Positions 56,901-64,000 of a DNA stretch of 64,000 nt are shown here, piece by piece. A program made the translations under genes and the position numbers. Source of the stretch: Macrostomum lignano (Eukaryota); assembly GCA_002269645.1 (NCBI GenBank), contig NIVC01001848.1:62001-126000 (forward strand). Reading direction: 5' to 3'. Position 1 is the first letter of the stretch. Each line of letters starts with the position of its first letter. The notes beneath the pieces were generated by a model. It did not search any database and was not told where the DNA came from. It worked only from the letters and a program-made list of their open reading frames with translations.

Positions 56901-59470
56901 TTACTTCCACACAGCTTCTCCCGAGTTTGTGTCTTACTTCCACACAGCTTCTCCCGAGTTTGTGTCTTACTTCCACACAGCTTCTCCCAAGTTTGTCTTA
57001 CTTCCACAAATATTCTCCTGAGTTTGTGTCTTACTTCCACACATCTTCTCTTGAGTTTGTCTTACTTCCACACAGCTTCTCTGGAGTTTGTGTCCCACTT
57101 CCACACACCTTCTCTTGAGTTTGTCTTACTTCCACACACCTTCTCTCGTGAGTTTGTGTCCCACTTCCACACACCTTCTCGTGAGTTTGTGTCCCATTTC
57201 CACACACCTTCTCGTGAGTTTGTGTCCCACTTCCACACACCTTCTCGTGAGTTTGTGTCCCACTTCCACACACCTTCTCGTGAGTTTGTGTCCCACTTCC
57301 ACACACCTTCTCGCGAGTTTGTGTCCCACTTCCACACACCTTCTCGTGAGTTTGTGTCCCACTTCCACACACCTTCTCGCGAGTTTGTGTCCCACTTCCA
57401 CACACCTTCTCGCGAGTTTGTGTCCCACTTCCACACACCTTCTCGCGAGTTTGTGTCCCACTTCCACACACCTTCTCGCGAGTTTGTGTCCCACTTCCAC
57501 ACACCTTCTCGCGAGTTTGTGTCTCGCTCACTTTTGCAACAATTAACCAATATCTGAACAGTTCAATAAGAAAACTCATCAAACTCGCATGTTGAATAAA
57601 TTTTAGTACGCTATCCTGACACTGACCATCACTGTGGTGCTCATCGGGTTCGTCATCGGCTATTATGTCTTAAAGCAGAACATGAGAGATCTTGGCGCCG
57701 AGGAGATGAGAAAGCTCATTGTCAACGAATACCAGGGCAGGACTCATCCCAGCCCGAATGACTTCTCCAAGATCCTGGATATCGTTCAGGGACAGGTGAG
57801 TGACACGTAGAGACATTTCTGGCATGGAATGGGGCATACCAATTTAGTACGTGGATGTTTCTACGAATGGTTAGCTACAAGTGCATAAAGCTGATCGGCA
57901 TTCGGACAATGGTACATGACACTATTAAGATAAGCACTTATCGTTGGGACAATGGCACATGCAGGGACGACTGGATACTGTCAGGATAGGTACTTCAATT
58001 TGGATAGCTACACAGATGCTTTTAACAATTTATTCTAAAATATTTCACCAGCTCGACTGCTGCGGCGTCACCAACTACACGGAGTTCTACTCGGCCGGCC
58101 AGTGGAATCGGACATACTATTATTCGGATTCTGTCGGATATATTCGTGAGTAGTTTGCCTCTTGGATGCGTACATTTTGCTTTTTTATGTTAGACAACTC
58201 GGTGTTGGGAAACAGACTTACAGAATTAGATTCTTCTAGGAATTATGTGCTAAGACGCTTTGAAAGCTTAGCGAATTTTTACGCTTTCTGAAGGGTCTAA
58301 ATAGCCTTTTAAGCTCAAGTTTGGTCATTTTTATAGGTTTTCTTTAGAAGCTATTGTACCAAAAGTTTTTGAACTTCTGGCTTGTTGAAGGGAAGTCCTA
58401 TTGTGAAAGAGTTCTAAAGGCCTTCTATGTCCTTAGTGTTAAATGTTTCTGGGGGCATTTTGTGTCTTAGGGTTGAGGATCACTGAAGGCCCTTTGAGTT
58501 TGAAGGTTAAATGTTTCTAAAGAGTTTTCATAAGCCTTGCATCGCAGTTCGACCCCTCTGAAGGGATTGGGTCTTGAAATAAAGGACGTGTACATTGCCA
58601 ATAGGGTTGACAAAATAATTCTTTAGTCTTAGGCATCATTTACTGAAGATTTTAATCTCGTAGTAACGTTAATGGTTTAGAAAACATTCTCTCACACTGC
58701 AGAGCTAACCGCGCCGATCGCCTGCTGTAAACTGAGAAAGTCGGACTTCGAGCCCCAGTTCGCCAACTGCACTCTCAGCCCGACTGCGCAGAACAGCAAC
58801 ATTCACACGGCCTGCTACGACAAGCTCTGGGAATTTTTGGATACTTACGCAAATGTGCTGATTGTTGGTATAGCCATCACCGCCGGTGTTACCGTGAGTG
58901 TGCAAGTCTTCTTCATAGTAAATGTATTCAATGATTAGATAATACTAAACCCGATATTAACTGTAACTTTTACAAACTGATGGGGAGAAAAGAAAGAGAC
59001 GACAAGAGCCAGATATGGGAAATTCTATCGATGAGGAAAGTATTCTATTGTCTAGATTTAGGACACATCGCTATACACTAGTAAGAATCACTGAATCCAC
59101 ACTCAACCTACATTTAGGTTCTGAAGAATCGCTACTCAACCCACATAAAGTTCTCAAGAATTGTTGCTCAAACCCTCATCAAGTTCTCAATAATAATTCC
59201 TCAACCTCTCATCAAGTTTTCAAGAATCGCTACTCAACCCTCATCAAGTTCTCAAGAATCGCTACTCAACCCTCATCAAGTTCTCAAGAAACGCTACTCA
59301 ACCCAAGAATTACAGCTCTCTGTTGCCTACAGTCTTCCCTTATATTTCAGTGTCTTCAAGGAGAAACTATATCTACATTTTTAATTTCATGACCCTTTCA
59401 GGCCGGCATATCCGTTCTGGCCATCATCATGCTGTGCTACCACTTCAAGAATGACGTCACTCCGATCTAA
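53967..59470 (+). CDS. Tetraspanin paralogue 2, 298 aa; exons 53967-54038, 56234-56515, 57607-57795, 58052-58145, 58703-58893, 59402-59470
   Basis: Four TM segments, GCIGACC, CCG, PIACC and TACY. Exon 1 has the same length (72 nt) as in paralogue 1. GT-AG introns with compatible phases; CDS total 897 nt; ends KNDVTPI*. Confidence 0.93.
54140..54757. repeat. 61-bp minisatellite (GTCTATGGCCCAACTTGCTTGTCTCTCAGTTGAGTGTCACAGACAGCAATATGTGTGTATA), about 10 copies
   Basis: Unit starts at 54200, 54261, 54322 and onward. Confidence 0.95.
55236..56140. repeat. 40-bp minisatellite (GTATCAGAGGGGAATTCTACTGCTCATGTGTAGTTGTAGA), about 22 copies
   Basis: Seen directly. Confidence 0.96.
56590..57525. repeat. 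~33-bp minisatellite (GAGTTTGTGTCTTACTTCCACACAGCTTCTCCT grading to GAGTTTGTGTCCCACTTCCACACACCTTCTCGC), about 28 copies
   Basis: Seen directly. Confidence 0.95.
59100..59308. repeat. ~32-bp degenerate tandem repeat (CTACTCAACCCTCATCAAGTTCTCAAGAATCG) x ~6
   Basis: Seen directly. Confidence 0.82.
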
Positions 59471-61603
59471 GGAGAACGTTAGAGCTGTGCATGTACTTCG
59501 GTCTTTGTATTGAAAATTATGAAGCAATTATTCAGCAAGGCGGGCACAATGCCAAAATACAGTTCGGTTTATCAAGTTGAAGGATTGATTCTTATCTTAA
59601 TCGAGTTTTGATTTTTATTCCTTTGGAGATACTGCTTAATAGTATATATATATATGTAATACATTATACACTTGCAAACACTTTGAGAGCTTTAAACCTT
59701 CATGTTACTGAAGTTGATTTCTGTACTCTTTTTACGATTCTATGCCACGAATGCAGTACATGTACGAGTTTTTAAGCAAATTCCAAAGCGTTGTTGGCCG
59801 AATAAATCAATGAAACTGAAGCTGGCAATGCAAGAAAACTTTATTCATGTGATTGCGTTATGGCTTAATTTATTATTTACATTCTTCACAATGTTTGGAA
59901 GTTCTGCAAAATACATAATGTTGTGCCTTGTGCGTAATTTGCTACCAATGCATTGTTTTATTTATCCCATAAATATATAGAATTCAAAATTGATCAGAGA
60001 TTTTGTATGTGTACGTGCTACATTTTACGTTCTTTAAACTATTGAATTTGTAAGCTTATAAAGGAAAAAATGCATTAATATGTACTTTTGTAATTCATCT
60101 TCGGAATTTATAATCTTCGTTAAATACACGATGTACACAAAGAAAAACTAGCGCAGTATGATCTACTAGTCATAAATGCTGCTCCCAATAAATACATATA
60201 TATTGTTCCTATGCCTTCATGTATACTGATACATGTCAACCTTTTAATGGACACAAGTAAGCAACTCATTAGAATGAAAAAGTTGCGGTTTTCCAGCAAC
60301 TGATTTTGTAGCAACTGAGATCGGATCGATAACCGCGACGTTTACACAGCAGACGAGCGTCAACAAGGAATTGAGTACACGTATTACATCTACATACATG
60401 CAAATATATGTACATGTGCGTGCAGTGTGTGCTACGTAAAATATCATTTAAGTTCAATCGTAGTTACATGCATGCATGTATGTACCAATAATTACATGTA
60501 CCCTACATGTAATATTATAATTTCCCCAATAAAACTGCAATATTGTGCGACGATCGAGAGCATGCACACAAGTCGTCCTTTACTACGACTTACAGTTGAT
60601 TACTACGGTTGATTTTTGCTAGTAGCTGGAGTCACCAAAAGGACGACTCAGCAAATCTGCATGATTATTCAGGCATGGGCAGTATGAATGCTGTGCCTTA
60701 CTGCTGGAAGCAATTTTAACTCGCTTACTTCGACTCGCTTTACTTTAGTCGTTTTTTCCTCAAGACGAAGAAAAAACGGGCAAGTCCACAACCCAACTGG
60801 CAATATAAATGGGAATAATGATCGGTTTTAACGACCCCACCCTTAGCTCTGTGCTTGAAAACGTGCAACACCCAATCCAGGTCTGACGACTTGATTGAGA
60901 GTAATGAGAGATATGTCTTGTTTAGGCAGTAAAAAAAAATATCTGTCTTTAAAACTAATTAACGAGTTTTTATGTCAATTATTTTCTCTATAGTTGTACG
61001 GTTACGCAACTAAAGATAAGAGTTGTTATGTTACATTCTTGTTAAAACAATACATTTTTAAATTGATGTTTCATGGGAAGTTGGTTGTCATGGCTGGATG
61101 GTTGGTTGACAACTTGAAAACACAACCTTCCGTCCTGCCTTCCTTCTGCCTACCATTGTCTGTTTTAATTCCAGCAGTACTGCAACACGTTAGTATAAAA
61201 ATAGTGTAGCTTGCCTCAATCTTTAGACTAAGAACTTAAGTAGAAGAACATGAAACCTTTTCTTCGAAAAATAGGCCTAAGCTAAGGTGGCTGGTTTTGT
61301 CCAAAAACGTACACTATCGAGATAGGGACTTTTTGTTTTTAATTTTAATAAATAATGTTTTGTTTTTAAGCAAAAGGGGACTGAATGCTTATCTTTGATA
61401 TACAATATTTCTTTAGTATTGTTCTATTGATTTTTTAATGCTTTATGAGTTTATGTGCAAGACTAAGACAAGAGATCCATATTGGCTACCCTGCTACCTG
61501 CTACTGCTACTGCTAGTCTGCTACTCATACATACATAGCGCATAGGCATATCCCAAAGCCACAGGCATGTATCTTTCATATTTATTACTATGATATCAAA
61601 AAC

Positions 61604-63195
61604 CAGTGCTGGGCGTTAACTAGTTAATTTTTTTTAAATCCTTAAATTTCGTTAATTTTTGTATGTATTAACTTAGTTAACAAAAATCGTTAATTCTTTT
61701 CTGTAAGTTAAAGTTAAATGACAAAAGTTATTTATTTCTTTGTTGAATTATTTATTCTTTCACATAGTTTTTTTTGTTTAATTTTTTTGTTTAAATGAGA
61801 AGAAAGAAGAAGAGTCCTGAGTCAAAAAAGGGAAAAGAAAAGAGTACAAGAGGAGAGAGGTGAGATCAAGAATATATATGAGTAAAGATGACAGATAAGA
61901 GAAGGGAATTGAGAGAGCAGAAACGAGAGTGAACAGATGAGAGATGGGAGAGTAGAGAGAAAAGAGGAGAGATAAGAAATAAGAGATGAGAGGTGGAGAC
62001 AAGGGAGAGATGAGAAGTGAGTGAGGAAAGAGGAGGGAAGGGGAGAGAATCGAGAGGACAGGGAAAATTGGTGAAAAGGAGGGAGGAGAAGAAAGAAGGG
62101 AGAGATTAGAGAGAAGAGAGATGGGACACAGGAGAGAGCAGAGAGATGAGAGGAGAGAGCAGAGAGAAGGGGGACAGCAGAAAGAAATGAGAAGAGATAA
62201 GAGAGGAGGAAGGAGATATGAGAGACAAGAGACGGGAGAGAAGAGAGGTAACAAAAGAGTAGATAGAAGTTTCAAAGGATCCAAGGGACATAGCCCATAG
62301 GGAGAGGCAGAGGTAGAGGCCAGAGTTTGCCTGACATTCTGCGTAGCAGCCAACAATATCAATGCTTGCTTGAAATCCTAATTTTACATAAATGTACTCT
62401 ATTTTGTTTAACTCTATCCTAATGATTAACAAACTTTTGTTCAAGTTTGACCTCAAATTTTAAAATACATGCAAAAATAATTCTGGGAAATGGAGTTCCC
62501 CGGGTTCAAAATCCGCGGGTTTCAATAGCTTGTATGCCATTAAAAAGTAAAATTAATACGTTGCGTCGCGCTGCATAGATATTTCCTTGTCGCGTTGCAC
62601 CATACTGCACCATGTCGCGCCACCGTGCGACTTCCCGCGCCGCCACACGACCTCCAGCGCTGCGTTGCGCCGCTGCGCGCCGCACTGCGCCGCAACCTGG
62701 CTGTTGTATATTGCAAAGGCATGCAATGCATAGGGATAGTTTGTGGACAGGGTTTCTAGAAACTTCTACAGCAGGACTTGTTTATGCATAGTTCCAGAAG
62801 TTTCCTCTCCCGGTCTTTCTAGAACTTTCCTTCCTCGTGTGCATAAATATATAAGCTGCCCTCCTATTGGCCAAGCCCTGTTTGCTGCTACTGGGCACAC
62901 GGATAATTATCTATCTTGCTTCTGCATTTGTTAATTCAAGAACAGAATACTGGCTACAGCCGCGCGTGCTGCGCCGATCTGAAATTTAAAAAATGTGCTG
63001 GATGCATGTCCATGAAAATGTCACTTTTTCCATTAGGGAGAAATAGGAATTAACTTTAACTTTTAACTTTTCAGAAGTTAAATTTTTGGCAAAAGTTAAA
63101 TATTTAACTAGTTACAGTTAATTTTTTTTCAAGCAATTGAATTAACTTTTTAACTTTTAACAAGTTAAAAAAATTGATTAATGTGCCTAGCACTG
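61604..63195. mobile_element. Non-autonomous hAT-type DNA transposon, 1592 bp
   Basis: TIRs CAGTGCTGGGC / GCCTAGCACTG (10/11 match), a perfect 8-bp TSD TCAAAAAC (61596-61603 / 63196-63203) and subterminal TTAACTAGTTA motifs at both ends. No transposase ORF. Confidence 0.9.
61795..62265. repeat. GA-rich low-complexity tract inside the hAT element
   Basis: Seen directly. Confidence 0.85.
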
Positions 63196-63630
63196 TCAAA
63201 AACAAGAAAGAAGAAATCATTACATTATTGAATGTCAAAAATGGCTTTTTATTTGAGTTCCTCCTTTTGTTGCAGACTTGTAGCCTCAATCGCTCAATGG
63301 CATGTGTAGGCCTACAATTTTTTGTGTTCATAGAATGAACTAGGCCTATAGTTATTCATAGGCTATACATAGTTCTATTGTCCATTGTCTACTACTAGGC
63401 CTAGGCCTATTGGACTTCTTGAACTTTAGTTAGGCCTACGACTATATAAATTATTTGTAATTTGATAGGATCATAAGTTGTCTATAGCCTATAGGCTATA
63501 TAGGTTTTTGATAGTATTGATTTCAAATTAAAGCTTCATTTTTTGTAGACTAAGGCCAACCAATAGGACATGGAGAATAGAAGTTTTAGGATAGAAACAT
63601 GCATGTGCAACCTTGGGAATCACTCAGCCA

Positions 63631-63734
63631 TTTCTATTGGCAACACATAGATGTAAGTTGCTATTGGCTGATAGTAGTCACATGATTACTCTTCCATCCA
63701 ATAGCGACTTACATGTGTGTGTTGCCAATAGAAA
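63631..63734. repeat. Inverted repeat with 37-bp arms (3 mismatches) and a 30-nt loop
   Basis: TTTCTATTGGCAACACATAGATGTAAGTTGCTATTGG versus CCAATAGCGACTTACATGTGTGTGTTGCCAATAGAAA; weaker pairing extends further out. Confidence 0.88.
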
Positions 63735-64000
63735 CAGCCAGGTGAATCCCTTGGTTGTGCCCAAGCATAGATAGAAAGAGAATCTTAATGGGGAGGTTAG
63801 CAATAGCATAAAATTTTTTTGAATATTAGATAGATAAACTCTAAGACCAGGGTCAGGGAGGTCTAAAGGGTGCCACCAAATTCATTAATATCTAATTTAT
63901 CAACTCTATTGATGAATTCAATTTATCTTACTATGCATTGTTGACAAATTTGGTTGCTTGACTAAATACTGTTAACTAATCTTAAAAATTAAAAGACAAA

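Noticed and set aside
56532-57582. Overlapping ORFs on both strands
   Set aside because: They are translations of the 33-bp intronic minisatellite.
61778-62456. Hydrophobic Leu/Ser-rich minus-strand ORFs
   Set aside because: They are translations of the GA-rich low-complexity tract inside the hAT element.

Overview
Eukaryotic (animal) genomic DNA. GC-rich exons, short GT-AG introns and very dense mini/microsatellites suggest a free-living flatworm such as Macrostomum, but this is inference only. Genes reconstructed by hand from splice sites, 5' to 3': (1) the terminal part of an FN3 + transmembrane receptor-like protein (3419-4510); (2) a Bcl-2-family gene with two coding exons (13617-18323); (3) a complete 19-exon axonemal dynein heavy chain, most like DNAH3 (22682-40157, 12186 nt CDS, 4061 aa); (4) a TRAF-like RING/zinc-finger exon (42598-43113); (5) a minus-strand secreted protein gene (45641-44501, 3' end unresolved); (6) two tandem tetraspanin paralogues (46544-53227 and 53967-59470). 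Mobile elements: a decayed RTE-type LINE, two tRNA-derived SINE families (two copies each), two MITEs with TIRs and TSDs, a 1.6 kb non-autonomous hAT with a perfect 8-bp TSD, a hAT end fragment and a probable solo LTR. No CRISPR array, rRNA or true tRNA was found. The most interesting unexplained signals are the ATGGCGCC (YY1/Pho-like) arrays in and around the Bcl-2 gene, a 95-nt GU-tolerant hairpin at 44287-44381, a His/Cys-swapped RING, a candidate 69-nt dynein cassette exon, and the consistent repeat-free buffers next to splice sites. All regulatory interpretations are hypotheses; no database search or folding program was run.
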